In this document: piece after piece, positions 12,817-24,384 of the stretch | Numbering within the stretch: the first letter of the stretch is position 1 | How the letters are laid out: every line of letters begins with the position of its first letter | Assembly (NCBI RefSeq): GCF_001194135.2 | Contig: NC_069010.1 | Coordinates: 9,656,285-9,703,158 of the forward strand | DNA length: 46,874 nucleotides | Reading direction: 5' to 3' | From: Octopus bimaculoides | Lineage: Eukaryota | The notes under the pieces: model-generated | Seen by the model: only the letters and a program-made list of their open reading frames with translations | What the model was told of the DNA's origin: nothing | The model's database searches: none | Program-made: the position numbers and the translations under genes

Positions 12817-13031
12817 CCTGATGCCTTGATGCAATACCAGGCACTGGCTCTCATGGCTTCTGAGCTTAACTGATTTCTGCAAACTCGTTGCCTTTAGTTG
12901 GGGGTCAATCAATTATATCAGTCCAAGTGCTCAACTGGTATGTATTTTATCAACCCCAAAAAAGGATGGGAAGACGATGTCTACATTGGCAGGATTTGAA
13001 CTCAGAACTTAAAAGGTGGTCACCAACTTAC

Positions 13032-13091
13032 CCTATCACTCCGATAATTATCAAAGCAACGTCAATCACCTGCAACAATAACGTCGTGGAC
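13032..13091 (-). CDS. Transporter exon (G)STTLLLQVIDVALIIIGVI(G)
   Basis: ttattacag|GTCC...ATAGG|gtaagt; 60 nt, phase 2 to 2. Confidence 0.88.
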
Positions 13092-13154
13092 CTGTAATAA
13101 AGAGAACAGTTTGTAATTATGAAATCAATTCGTTATTAGTGAACAACAATAATA

Positions 13155-13585
13155 ATGATTTCAAATTTTGGCACAAGGTCAGCAATTTCAGAGGAGGGGT
13201 TAGTGCGACCCCAGTGCAAAACAGGTACTGATTTCATCAACACAGATATGAAGAAAGACTAAGTGAACCATAGTGGGATTTGAACTCAGAACATAAAGAC
13301 AGCAAAATGCAGCTAAACTTTTTGCTTGGTGTGTTTACAACTGTGCCAGTTCACCACCATAATAATAATAATCCTTTCTATTATAGGCACAAGGCCTGAA
13401 ATTTGGGAAAAGGGGATAGTCGATTAGATTGATCCCCAGGATGCAACTGGTACTTAATTTATCGACCACCCCACCAAAAGGATGAAAGGCAAAGTCGACC
13501 TCGGCGGAATTTGAACTCAGAAAGTAGAGGACAAAATGCTATAAAGCACTTTTCCCAGCATGCTAACAATTCAATCAGCCACCTT
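13155..13585 (-). mobile_element. Two head-to-tail CORE-type SINEs
   Basis: Two core motifs separated by (AAT)n at about 13360-13373. Confidence 0.75.
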
Positions 13586-13619
13586 GATGATGATGATGAT
13601 GATGATACACATATATATG

Positions 13620-13655
<36 letters not shown>

Positions 13656-13658
<3 letters not shown>

Positions 13659-13976
13659 TCATCGTTTAACGTCCGCTTTCCATGCTAGCATGGGTTGGAC
13701 GATTTGACTGAGGACTGGTGAAACCGGATGGCAACACCAGGCTCCAATCTAAATTTGGCAGAGTTTCTACAGCTGCATGCCCTTCCTAACGCCAGCCACT
13801 CAGAGAGTGTAGTAGGTGCTTTTACGTGTCACCTGCACGAAGGCCAGTCAGGCGATACTGGCAACGGCCACGCTCGGAATGGTGTCTTTTATGTGCCACC
13901 CGCACAAGCCAGTCCAGGGGCACTGGCAACGATCTCGCTCGAAAATCCTACGGAGGCCAGTCAGGCGGTACTGGCA
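13656..13976 (-). mobile_element. RTE-tail-like SINE
   Basis: Same family; longer copy. Confidence 0.85.
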
Positions 13977-14246
13977 AATATATATATATATATTATTGAT
14001 CGCTTCAGCTTCTCAGTCCTCATCAGAACACAACGCAACATAGCATACATCTCTCATCACACCACAACACACTAGAACAAAGCACACACACACACACACA
14101 CACACCATAGCACACTGCCCCACACAGCCCTACACCACACTACTTTCACTTTGACCCATCAAATTCTCCCTCAGCCGACCCCACACGCCTCCACTGGCTT
14201 CAACAGTCGTCCAAAGATGAAAAAGACTCAACGAAGGAAGACCTAC

Positions 14247-14398
14247 CCTTTGAAAATGATAAAATGAAAGAGACCGGGAAGAATAAATGCTAGCAGTGTA
14301 CAGCAGGTAGCACCAATGAGGGCCATCAGGTTGGCAAAGTCAGGAATGGTAACCACTACGATGCCTGTGAGCAGCACCAGTAACATTCGGAGGATATT
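14247..14398 (-). CDS. Transporter exon NILRMLLVLLTGIVVVTIPDFANLMALIGATCCTLLAFILPGLFHFIIFK(G)
   Basis: ttttcacag|AATATC...AAAGG|gtaggt; 152 nt, phase 0 to 2. Confidence 0.95.
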
Positions 14399-14463
14399 CT
14401 GTGAAAAAAAAACAAAAGACAACAGTCATAACAATAGTAATAACAATAACAATAATAATAATA

Positions 14464-14655
14464 ATCCTTTCGACTAAAAGCACAAGGCCTGAAATTTAGG
14501 TGAAAGGGACAAGCTGATCACATTGACCCCAAGGTGTTTCAAGGGTTCTTAATTTACCAAACCTGAAAGCATGAAAGGCAGAATTTGAACTCAGAACATA
14601 AAGATAGACAAAATGCCATTAAGCATTTTGCCTGGCATGCTAACGATTCTCAGGA
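14464..14655 (-). mobile_element. CORE-type SINE
   Basis: AAAGCATGAAAGGCAGAATTTGAACTCAGAAC; (AAT)n tail. Confidence 0.7.
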
Positions 14656-14956
14656 ATTACGTACATCATTTACATTTGATGGATATTTGTCTTCATCTTG
14701 TTTGTTGTTAACAACAAACATTCTCTCGAATGTTTTTTCACATGCCAGCGGCACAAGTGCCAGGAAGGCGATGTTGGTAACGATCACGCTCAAATGGTGC
14801 TATTCACGTGCCACCAGCACGGAAGCCAGACAGCTGCTCTGGCAATGATCACACNNNNNNNNNNATCTACACACATAAATATATACATACATACATATAT
14901 ATACACACACATATATCTACACACATAAATATATACATACATAAATATATATATAT

Positions 14957-15058
14957 TTAAAGACTTTCTCTATTCCCGAGCGTTAAACTAATACATCCTT
15001 TTGTTGTTTACACCACCTGTCCTCGTCTGTTGTTGTTTTTTTCGTAAATTCTCCCATA
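14957..15058 (+). mobile_element. 5'-truncated copy of the 28711-28905 element
   Basis: TTAAAGACTTTCTCTATTCCCGAGCGTTAAACTAATACATCC...CGTAAATTCTCCCATA matches 28806-28906. Confidence 0.8.
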
Positions 15059-15264
15059 TCATCATCATCGTCGTTTAACGTCCGCTTTCCATGCTAGCAT
15101 GGGTTGGACGATTTGACTGAGGACTGGTGAAACCGGATGGCCACACCAGGCTCCAATCTGATTTGGCAGAGTTTCTACAGCTGGATGCCCTTCCTAACGC
15201 CAACCACTCAGAGAGTGTAGTGGGTGCTTTTACGTGTCACCCGCACGAAAACGGCCACGCTCAG
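15059..15264 (-). mobile_element. RTE-tail-like SINE
   Basis: Same family. Confidence 0.85.
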
Positions 15265-15277
15265 TTATATATACACT

Positions 15278-15545
15278 GTGAAGGCGCATGGCTCAGTGGC
15301 TAGAGCGCCAAACTTACGACCGTGAGGTTGTGAGTTCGATTTTATTAAAGAAATGTTTCAATATTTTGTGTATCGATTCCAGGACTGGACTGTGTGTGTT
15401 GTGTTCTTGAATGTATGTGTGTACATGTGTGTGAGTATGTATCTGTGTTTGTTTGTCCCATAACCATTGCTTGATAACCGATGTTGGTGTGTTTATGTCA
15501 AAATGGGGGGGGGGCAATATAGGAAGAGCCAGGCTTAAAAAGAAA
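15278..15545 (+). mobile_element. tRNA-headed SINE (head + TG tract + central module)
   Basis: GGCGCATGGCTCAGTGG A box, GAGTTCGATT B box. Confidence 0.7.
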
Positions 15546-15615
15546 ATGTCCACTGCCCCCTACACACACACATATATATATATATACATATATAAAGAAG
15601 AAACAAAAAACTTAC

Positions 15616-15689
15616 CCCTTTCCAAAGGTATTTCTCTGGTTCATTGATTAAGTGATTTTCGAGAAGTTTAGAAGCTGGAAACATCATCA
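15616..15689 (-). CDS. Transporter exon (V)MMFPASKLLENHLINEPEKYLWKG
   Basis: ttttgcag|TGATG...AAAGGG|gtaagt; 74 nt, phase 1 to 0. Confidence 0.92.
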
Positions 15690-16060
15690 CTGCAAAAAGA
15701 TGTGGAGAAATTTCATGGTTTCATCACCTGGATAGGTTTGTAGTCCTGTATAGGAGTGTCACTACATACATACACACACACACACACACACAATTACCAG
15801 TGTCAGCTGGAAAAACATTTTTATTTTATCTTCTTAAACTCAAACCAGGAATTATGATTAAAAGGAGATCGTTTGTGAATAAACCCGAAAGTGTTAATCC
15901 CTTGATAATCGACCTGTTGACTTGCATTGGAAATAATTTTAAAAATTACTTTAAAAAAAAAAATTGAGACAAGTAAAAATAGGAAGAGGGGAAAAGAAAC
16001 CAGGGAGATAGAGAATGAATTAGGGGTTCAAAAAGTGAGTGATACAGAGGGACCACTTAC

Positions 16061-16129
16061 CTGGGTATGTGAAAAACATTGACAGGCAGAGAAATGACTT
16101 GACTATCATTGCAAAGTCCAGTGACTTCC
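16061..16129 (-). CDS. Transporter exon (G)KSLDFAMIVKSFLCLSMFFTYP(V)
   Basis: ttctcag|GGAAG...CCAG|gtaagt; 69 nt, phase 1 to 1. Confidence 0.92.
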
Positions 16130-16679
16130 CTGAGAATAGATGATAAGAAAAATACAGTGAAGAAAGCCACCACAAACGAACAAAACATCAACAGGTTATA
16201 TACATACACAAACACAGACATATATACACCCACCAATACACACACTTACATATATACACCCAGAACCACGCTAATAGCTTAGGAGTGAAATTTAGGATTT
16301 CTTGGTTTTCTTAGAATCGATTTTGATAAACCTTTTCCCAGCTTCTCTGCAGACAATGGCAACACCACCATTGTTACGTTTTCATTATTCTGTGTAAAGC
16401 CCTTTCTTTTTTTATTTCAAATTCTTCAGTTTTGGGGTGAACCATGCTAATAGCTTTTGAATGAAAATAACCCATTCTAGACATCTTTTTTTTTTTTTCC
16501 AGAAAATGAAGGGTAATGATATATATTAAGAATACATTGAGTATATATTTAACAGAAAACTATAATAATATTATCACTGTCAGTACATGTCCTCAGATCG
16601 ACACCCTGTTGGGGGTACAAACACAGACACACAAACACACATACATACACATATATATATATACATATATATGTATATA

Positions 16680-16830
16680 CGACGGGCTTCTTTCAGTTTC
16701 CGTCTACCAAATCCACTCTCAAGGCTTTGGTCGGCCTGAGGCTCTAGTAGAAGACACTTGCCCAAGGTGCCATGCAATGGGACGGAACCTGGAACCATGT
16801 GGTTGGTAAGCAAGCTTCTTACCACACAGT
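16680..16830 (-). mobile_element. tRNA-headed SINE, 5' module
   Basis: Reverse complement of 10199-10353. Confidence 0.85.
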
Positions 16831-17180
16831 CATATATACATATACGTAAATATGCATGTACACACACACCTATACATGATATATACATGCATACACACAC
16901 ACACACACATTGTGAGAGAGAGAAACAGACAGACTGACAAACAAACAAACAAACAAACAAACAGAGACAGACATATAGACTGATAGATCAGTAGATAGAT
17001 AGATAAACGGATAGATATTAATACCTCTTCTCAAATCAAGGGACATATCAGGTAACATCATCCAAGATACACGATACCTGAATAAAAGGCAGCTTGATCA
17101 CAGCTGGAATGTTTGGTTTATAGGTCAAGTGGATCAGGACTGACCTGGGGCTAAACAAAGAAATAGGACGGCATACTCAC

Positions 17181-17229
17181 CTTTTGGAAGATTGAGTGTG
17201 ATGATGGGGTTGGTCGCTTTTCCAAATGA
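17181..17229 (-). CDS. Transporter exon SFGKATNPIITLNLPK(G)
   Basis: caccag|TCATTT...AAAG|gtgagt; 49 nt, phase 0 to 1. Confidence 0.92.
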
Positions 17230-17440
17230 CTGGTGGTGCGTGAATGGCGACGACAGGGATAGGAAGAGAACGAGGCGGGGGGGGGGGAGAAAGAGAAAAA
17301 CGAAAATGAAATTAAGACTTATAAAGAGGAGAGAAAAAAATTCAGAAAAGTATAATTGTAATCATCTGTCATGTAGGTGTGTGTGTGTATATAAATATGT
17401 GTGTGTATGTATGTAGATATATATATATATATATATGTGT

Positions 17441-17471
<31 letters not shown>

Positions 17472-17573
17472 GGTTGAATTAACATTTAGAGTACTTTATT
17501 TTGCTGAACACATCAACATATAATGTGTGTATGAATGTTCACACTTATACTCAGGTAATAGACAGATAGACAG

Positions 17574-17604
<31 letters not shown>

Positions 17605-17655
17605 TACACATACACACACAAAACCAGATGGAGTAACAGCAAAAGATTTACTTAC

Positions 17656-17722
17656 TAAATATCCACAAACACCAAATGCTATGTACAGGAATGTGACCAA
17701 TATCATGGTTGATATGAAAACA
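17656..17722 (-). CDS. Transporter exon (F)VFISTMILVTFLYIAFGVCGYL
   Basis: gtttacag|TGTT...TATTTA|gtaagt; 67 nt, phase 2 to 0. Confidence 0.93.
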
Positions 17723-17762
17723 CTGTAAACAAAAATATATACACAGCTTTATACATACATGA

Positions 17763-18590
17763 AGTAGGTCAGACGAACTTACAGAAATACTACAACATAG
17801 AAAAGTGGATGTGTGTTGTGTACAAGGGTTAAGATGAACGGGAGCCTCTGCCAAGCTCTTCACAGTTAAGAAACAGGTGCATAAATTCTTTTGAACGGGT
17901 AGAGTCAATACATACAGTCATTTATCAGTGGCCCAAGATAATACTATGTTCAGTTGTGAAGCAGCTTGCACTTATCATGGATTGATCTGTGGTAACACAG
18001 GATGGCAATCAATCAAAGATTTTGCTGTCAGTCAATAAAAACATGTCGCAGCAACCACCCAGAATGCATTGACTATTGCTTGTGTTTAAATGGCTGTGCA
18101 GAGAGGTTGCGTATACAGATTTAGGTACTTGTATCCACAAACGTGTGACCAGTGAATAGAAAAATAAATATATGAAAATGCCAGATACTAACAAAGATGG
18201 AGATGGGAGTAGTCTGTACGGCAGAAGGGAGAGACAATCAGGGAAATAGTTGATGGTGGAAGCTTCACTGCTGTGGACTGTGAGTTTGGTGCCAACAAAC
18301 TGACAATTTGTTCCAATGCAAAGGCATCTGATCCTCACAAACGATGTGGACAAGTGGATTCTTTGGGAAAAGTAGAAATGGCCAAAGCAAAGGGTTTTGG
18401 TGTGTCCATGTATTTACTATGAGAAGCTTCCGAATATGGAGAATGCATGAGAAAGAAAAGGAGAGAGGGTCTCACTTTAGCTGACCCTAAAGAGAGACCA
18501 ACCATCCAAGTTGAGGGCAGTTTGATAGATAGAGCAATAAGGGGTATAAAAGTAAGGAAAGCAACAGGGTCCACCAGGGATATTTGGCAG
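17763..18590 (+). mobile_element. Decayed, internally deleted RTE-clade LINE (APE endonuclease N-terminus + pre-RT region)
   Basis: SRSDELTEILQHRKVDVCCVQGLR*TGASAKLFTVKKQVHKFF*TG and later LIDRAIRGIKVRKATG; W codons mutated to TGA. Confidence 0.75.
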
Positions 18591-18926
18591 AGGAATGGCT
18601 GTGGAGTAAGAAACTTGCTTAACAACCACATGGTCCCAGGTTCAAATGTCTTCTGCTATGTCTGAATAAAAAAACAGGATGGTCATAGCTAGAACATCTC
18701 TGGTCACAGGTCTGTTGGATCAGCACTAACCTAGGGCTAAACAAGAATGAGAGAGAAGGATATTATATGATGTAATCTTAGATCCACTATGTTAGAATAA
18801 TAGACAGGATGGCCACAGCTGGAATATCTTTGATCATAGGTCTATGGGGTCAGGAGTGACCTGGGGTTAAACAACAACAACAACAAAGAAAATAAATGCA
18901 AACACAAGTATTTTATTTTTACTCAC

Positions 18927-18991
18927 AAACTGAAACGGTTTCGTTTTTCTTTGATGACAGATGATTCTAGGGAGAGGACCATCCCAGCACC
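18927..18991 (-). CDS. Transporter exon GAGMVLSLESSVIKEKRNRFS(F)
   Basis: tttgcag|GGTGCT...AGTTT|gtgagt; 65 nt, phase 0 to 2. Confidence 0.93.
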
Positions 18992-19294
18992 CTGCAAATA
19001 TAGAGGTAGGAGAGTTAGGGGGGAAGAAGAGGCATAGAGAATGATTCATCATCATCATCATCATTTTTACAGATACACTTTTGTGATTACCAGCATGATG
19101 CTGTATACGTTGCCACTGGCATAGGCACCTTATATGTGGCACCAGCACGAGTGCACCCTATGTGGCACCGACACGAACACCTCGTATGCAGCACTGACAC
19201 GAGCACTGTGTATGTGGCACCGGGAAGGGTGCTTCAAATGTGGCACCAGCAAATCGAGTCGGAAGAAATGCCGGCAAGCATTTTGTCTAGCAGA

Positions 19295-19535
19295 ACAACT
19301 ATTCTTATTTCTTTATTGCCCACAAGGGGCTAAAAACAGAGGGGACAAACAAGGAAAGACAAAGGGATTAAGTCGATTACATCGACCCCAGTGCATAACT
19401 GGTGCTTGATTTATCGACCCCGAAAAGGATGAAAGGCAAAGTCGACCTCGCCGGAATTTGAACACAGAACGTAACAGCAGACGAAACACCACTAAGCTTT
19501 TCGCCCCGGAGTGCTAACGTTTCTGACAGCTCGTG
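19295..19535 (-). mobile_element. CORE-type SINE
   Basis: AAAAGGATGAAAGGCAAAGTCGACCTCGCCGGAATTTGAAC. Confidence 0.8.
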
Positions 19536-19627
19536 CGCCCCACCCCACCCCGTCAGATTGGAATGACATGAAAGAAAGGGGCAAAGGATAAAGAACGAAA
19601 GAGTGCGAAAGGGGGAGAGAGACTCAC

Positions 19628-19697
19628 CTCATAACAATATATTGAGATTGCTAAAAAAAATGGGAAACCAGCCAAGGAGATTTTCTTGGGATGAATT
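19628..19697 (-). CDS. Transporter exon (V)IHPKKISLAGFPFFLAISIYCYE
   Basis: cttttcag|AATT...TATGAG|gtgagt; 70 nt, phase 2 to 0. Confidence 0.93.
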
Positions 19698-19753
19698 CTG
19701 AAAAGGGAAGGAAAAAAGAAAAAAAACAAATACAAATTATAAAGGAGACTCTT

Positions 19754-19944
19754 ACTGCTGTTGCTGCTGCTGCTGCTACTACTACTACTACTACTACTAC
19801 TTCTTTTCCAACTACTGCTACTGTGACTACTACCCCCCCCCCCNNNNNNNNNNNNNCCCCCAACTGCTACTGCTATTACTACACTTCCAGCTACTACTAC
19901 TGCTGCTGCTACAACTGCTACTTCTATAACTACTACTACTACTG

Positions 19945-20004
<60 letters not shown>

Positions 20005-20020
20005 TTACTACTACCACTAC
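19754..20020. repeat. (CTA)n/(CTG)n trinucleotide array (intronic)
   Basis: Direct reading. Confidence 0.95.
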
Positions 20021-20468
20021 TAAAGATTTTCAAAAAAATCATTATCTATTTTTAGAGTGACATTGTAGAGTAGGTCTGAGAAGCCAGATCAGGTCGGTTT
20101 GAATACAAAACAGGCAGAGTACACAGGCCGGATATGGCTGCAGAGCAGATATGAGAGGTCAGACCTGGAGAATATTTGGGTCAAACATGGCTGGTTTAAA
20201 TGCTGAAAGGTCAACTCTTCTTCAAGCATTCAGATTTCTCTGTCAAATCTGATTCTTATTTATTCACGTCACTTTGAATGAATCCTGCATTATCTTGTAG
20301 TATTGAGATTTCAATGACGTGATTGTTTATTCCGAGAATGACATTGTAGGGTAGGTGTGAGAGTCTAGATCCAGCCAGTTTGAACATAAAACAGAATATT
20401 AGGGCTGGGTGTAGCCACTTTAAATAGTAAAATGTTAAAAATTAAAGAAGAAAAAGAAGACAACTCAC

Positions 20469-20546
20469 ACAACATGATGAATGTGTTGTAAGTCGAACCA
20501 AAAGACAACAGCAAACGCCAACAGACTGGAACATTGAGCTAAAAAA
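20469..20546 (-). CDS. Transporter exon (S)FLAQCSSLLAFAVVFWFDLQHIHHV(V)
   Basis: attttag|TTTTTTAGCTCAA...GTTGT|gtgagt; 78 nt, phase 2 to 2. Confidence 0.9.
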
Positions 20547-20959
20547 CTAAAATTTAAAAAGAAAAAGAAAAAAATAGAAATTGAAAATAGGGAAAAACAG
20601 AACGGAAATAATTAGTGTATTAGATTTTAACAATGTAAATTTTGAAGAATATTTACATTATCTAAATAATTATAGTTTTCTTCTGCCAACCTGTATTAAG
20701 CATGGTCAAATTTACTTGAATGTCTGTCTGTGTGACTAGCTGTTTGTGTTTCATCACACACACATAAATACATTAATGGTAGCAAACCGGAATGAAATGC
20801 TTGTTAATACAGGAAGCAGGGTATAAGTATAAATACTTTAAATTCAGTCAGGAGAAACCAAGCAGCTCAAATATTTCATCTGTTGAAAACAAATGGCTGT
20901 TAAGGGTGTGTGGTGGTGGGGAGACATTTGTACTCTTGTTCCAGCAGACTGAAATAAAT

Positions 20960-20990
<31 letters not shown>

Positions 20991-21034
20991 GTCTAACCCA
21001 TGCCAGCATGGAAAACAGACGTTAAATGGTGATG

Positions 21035-21070
<36 letters not shown>

Positions 21071-21074
21071 ATAT

Positions 21075-21492
21075 AAACAGTGTCATGTCAGTTTAGACAG
21101 TGACATGTGACAACTTGCTGGGGCTGCCTACTGGACCCTAGCAGCGGGAAATTTAGACAGTGTCACGTGACAACTTGCTGGGGCAGCCTGCTGGACCCTA
21201 GCAGCAGATATAAAAAAGGGGAATTTGACAAGACAGTCAGTCGGACGCTGACACTCGTTGATGCTGCATCGAAGAGGCCAGGGAATAGAAGAAAGAAGAC
21301 ATGCACCCAACACCAGAGCTGAAGACACCTCCGAAAGGGGGTGGCCCCACCACGTCAAAACGGTAGAGGAGTAGGGGCCGAAACCGGACGTGGTTCCTCC
21401 TGATGATGTCTTGAGCTAACTGGATCCTATAAAGGAGCTGTTGTGGTAGCAGACAACGAAACATGGTTGAAGTTCCTCAGATTCCTATTACA
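21075..21492 (+). mobile_element. Pseudo-LTR/LTR-like element: 60-bp direct repeats, TATA box, two degenerate hammerhead-like cores
   Basis: Repeat units start at 21092 and 21152; TATAAAAAA 21209-17; CTGAAGA 21319...GAAACCGG 21380; CTGATGA 21400...GAAACATG 21458; (TA)n on the 5' side; no TSD seen. Confidence 0.55.
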
Positions 21493-21585
21493 AGACTGAC
21501 GTTGGGCTAAACTATTAATACACTAAAAAGGGAGAAAACAGTTTTTGAAATGAGAGGAAGTAAACAAAGCTGAAGCGTTACGTAC

Positions 21586-21666
21586 CTTGATATGGAAAGA
21601 GTGTTTAAGTGTCGGACGAACGCGAGCGGACAAAGGAAAAACAGGAGAATCGCCAGACACCCAACT
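21586..21666 (-). CDS. Transporter exon (I)VGCLAILLFFLCPLAFVRHLNTLSIS(S)
   Basis: tttaccag|AGTT...TCAAG|gtacgt; 81 nt, phase 2 to 2. Confidence 0.9.
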
Positions 21667-21746
21667 CTGGTAAACACAGAAGAAGAGAGACTACATTACA
21701 CAGGTGGACATACATACACACACACACACACACATATATAAATGTG

Positions 21747-21796
<50 letters not shown>

Positions 21797-22023
21797 TATA
21801 TATAAAAGCCTTGTGAGTGGATTTGGTAGACAGAAACTGAAAGATCCATTCACAAGGCTTTGGTCGGCCCAAGGCAATAAGTAGAAGACACTTGCCCAAA
21901 TATGATCAAACTGCCCAGGTCTGACCTCACGTATCTGTTAGTACAAATGGATGGAAGCAGATGCAAATAAACAAACACACATACATACGTATATACATAC
22001 ATTCACACATACATAAACACATA

Positions 22024-22506
22024 TCTTATAATAACTTTGCTTGTCACTCCGTTACTTAGCCCGTCCGTAACACTTTCATGCGATTAGCTAAAGTGAGGAA
22101 GGAGGAGACGAGGAGGAGGGGGGGGGGGTGAAATGTGTAATTCTTTTATCCTTTTTTTTAACTAAATTTTTTTTCTCCGATATTTAGCCTGTCGGTAATG
22201 CTTTCACGAGATTAGGTGAAGGGAAAGACGAAGAATGAAAGAAAAAAGGAGAAAAAGAAAGTAAGACAAAGAGTGAAAGAGAGTGCTGTGTATTGAGTCC
22301 TTGAAATTGAGTATAAAATATATGAAGTGCATTAAGTAATCATCGTATTCCAATTTCCTCCATTTTTTAGTGATTAGCAAATAAGCAACTGTCTTCCCAT
22401 ACAGACACAACATGGGCCATGCTTTTGGGGTTGTTTGGATACAGTTCTCAGAGAGAACCCAATAGGTTTACCCTTAATTCTGTGAAATATTCACGGGTCC
22501 TGCTAG
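22024..22506 (+). mobile_element. Non-autonomous Helitron-like element
   Basis: A|TC 5' end, subterminal hairpin CTGTGAA-ATA-TTCACGG (22480-96), then CTAG|T (22503-07); no TSD. Confidence 0.55.
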
Positions 22507-24384
22507 TACATACATAAATTAAACACATAAATTACATGCACACATATATACATATATATACGCATATATTCACACACTACATACATGCACACACATAGAT
22601 GTACAAACATGCATGCATACACACATTCGTAAATAGACAAACGTACCTGCACGATTACATGCACACATATATACATATATACACATACACACATGCACGC
22701 ATAACAAAAAATATAAACCTAGTGTTGACTGTCAGCAACTCTGAAAATAAAGGGGAGATAATTGCGAAAATACAAATTAATTTCTAAAACTTTATATATT
22801 TAGGGCAAAGAAAACGTTACATTGTTATTATGCAAAAGTGTCGTAAGTCCAAAACGCTTTTTCAGAAAACAGAAAAATAATTTCACCATTCCATAGCAAA
22901 ACCGTTGAAGTACATTTTGACAATTTTTGATATCTTGGCATCAGAAGCAGCTGGAGATACGATAGTTTGAACAAAAGAACTGGCTATTGCAAGCAAAAAT
23001 AAATATTGCAAAAAAAAAAAAATGCATTTGGCCAAATTTGGACTTACAACAATTTTACATAATAGCAATGATTAGATCTTCATTTCTTTGTAATCAAGGG
23101 GACACAACTACAGAGATGTTTCAGTCTGTTTTGACATCATCTACACAGTGTAGTCTAATAACGAGTGAATAATTAATCAGGTGACAAAGATTTTTACAGG
23201 TATGGCAAAACTTAATTCTCATAATCAAAAAGATCAGTAGCATTAATTGGGTTAGATAAATTAACGAGTGAGTTGTGTAATGAATGGAATACGAAAACTG
23301 AAACAAACATACTTTGAACATGCAGAAATGGATGATGCTCCAGCATGGCATCAACGATAATGGTTAGGGGAACTAAAAGACCATAAAATCATCTCTCTTT
23401 CTCTCGTATATATATATATATATATATATATATNNNNNNNNNNNNNNNNNNNNNNNNNNNNNNNNNNNNNNNNNNNNNNNNNNNNNNNNNNNNNNNNNNN
23501 NNNNNNNNNNNNNNNNNNNNNNNNNNNNNNNNNNNNNNNNNNNNNNNNNNNNNNNNNNNNNNNNNNNNNNNNNNNNNNNNNNNNNNNNNNNNNNNNNNNN
23601 NNNNNNNNNNNNNNNNNNNNNNNNNNNNNNNNNNNNNNNNNNNNNNNNNNNNNNNNNNNNNNNNNNNNNNNNNNNNNNNNNNNNNNNNNNNNNNNNNNNN
23701 NNNNNNNNNNNNNNNNNNNNNNNNNNNNNNNNNNNNNNNNNNNNNNNNNNNNNNNNNNNNNNNNNNNNNNNNNNNNNNNNNNNNNNNNNNNNNNNNNNNN
23801 NNNNNNNNNNNNNNNNNNNNNNNNNNNNNNNNNNNNNNNNNNNNNNNNNNNNNNNNNNNNNNNCAGCACCATGTTGAACCGTCCAACCCATGCCAGCCTG
23901 GAAAACAGATTCTAAACGATGATGGTGGTGGTGGTGGTGGTGGTGTTTGGCAATGATGATGACGATGATGATGATGATGTTGAAGACGGTGTTAATATTC
24001 AACAAACAAACAAGGTGGGATTCTTTGTTTTCCTTTCTGTTTCTTGGAGGACAAACACAATCACCAACAAGAAAAACTTGAAACATGCCAAGCAAAAGAG
24101 AGAGAGAGAGCGAGAGAGGTGTTGATACTGTTACCTGAACGCAGATCTGATTTCTAACTGAAATGAGCTCCTAGAGTTCAAATATGGAAGGCAGGGAATA
24201 ATTGGTTATAATTAAATAATTAATACATACATGGTTAATTATCAATTTATGCTTATTAGGCATATTGCTGCTGTTGTTGTTGTTGTTGATGTGGTTGTAA
24301 ATGGGTTTTTTTGTTGTTTTTTATAATTGCATTTGTCTCTTGTTGTGTGTGAAGTGTGATGGTATCTAGCAGAATGAGTCTGTG

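Noticed and set aside
13708-13730. CTGAGGA-CTGGT-GAAA-CCGG in every RTE-tail SINE copy looks like a hammerhead core
   Set aside because: Only 5 nt lie between the cores and cannot form stem II, position 16.1 is A rather than U, and there is no helix I. It is also antisense to the element.
17023-17075. Exon-like YRVSWMMLPDMSLDLRR between two transporter exons
   Set aside because: Exons 17181 and 16129 already join in phase; the donor is weak and the peptide does not fit the family.
21092-21210. Direct repeats as a possible CRISPR-like array
   Set aside because: Two contiguous 60-bp units without unique spacers in a eukaryotic context; no cas genes.
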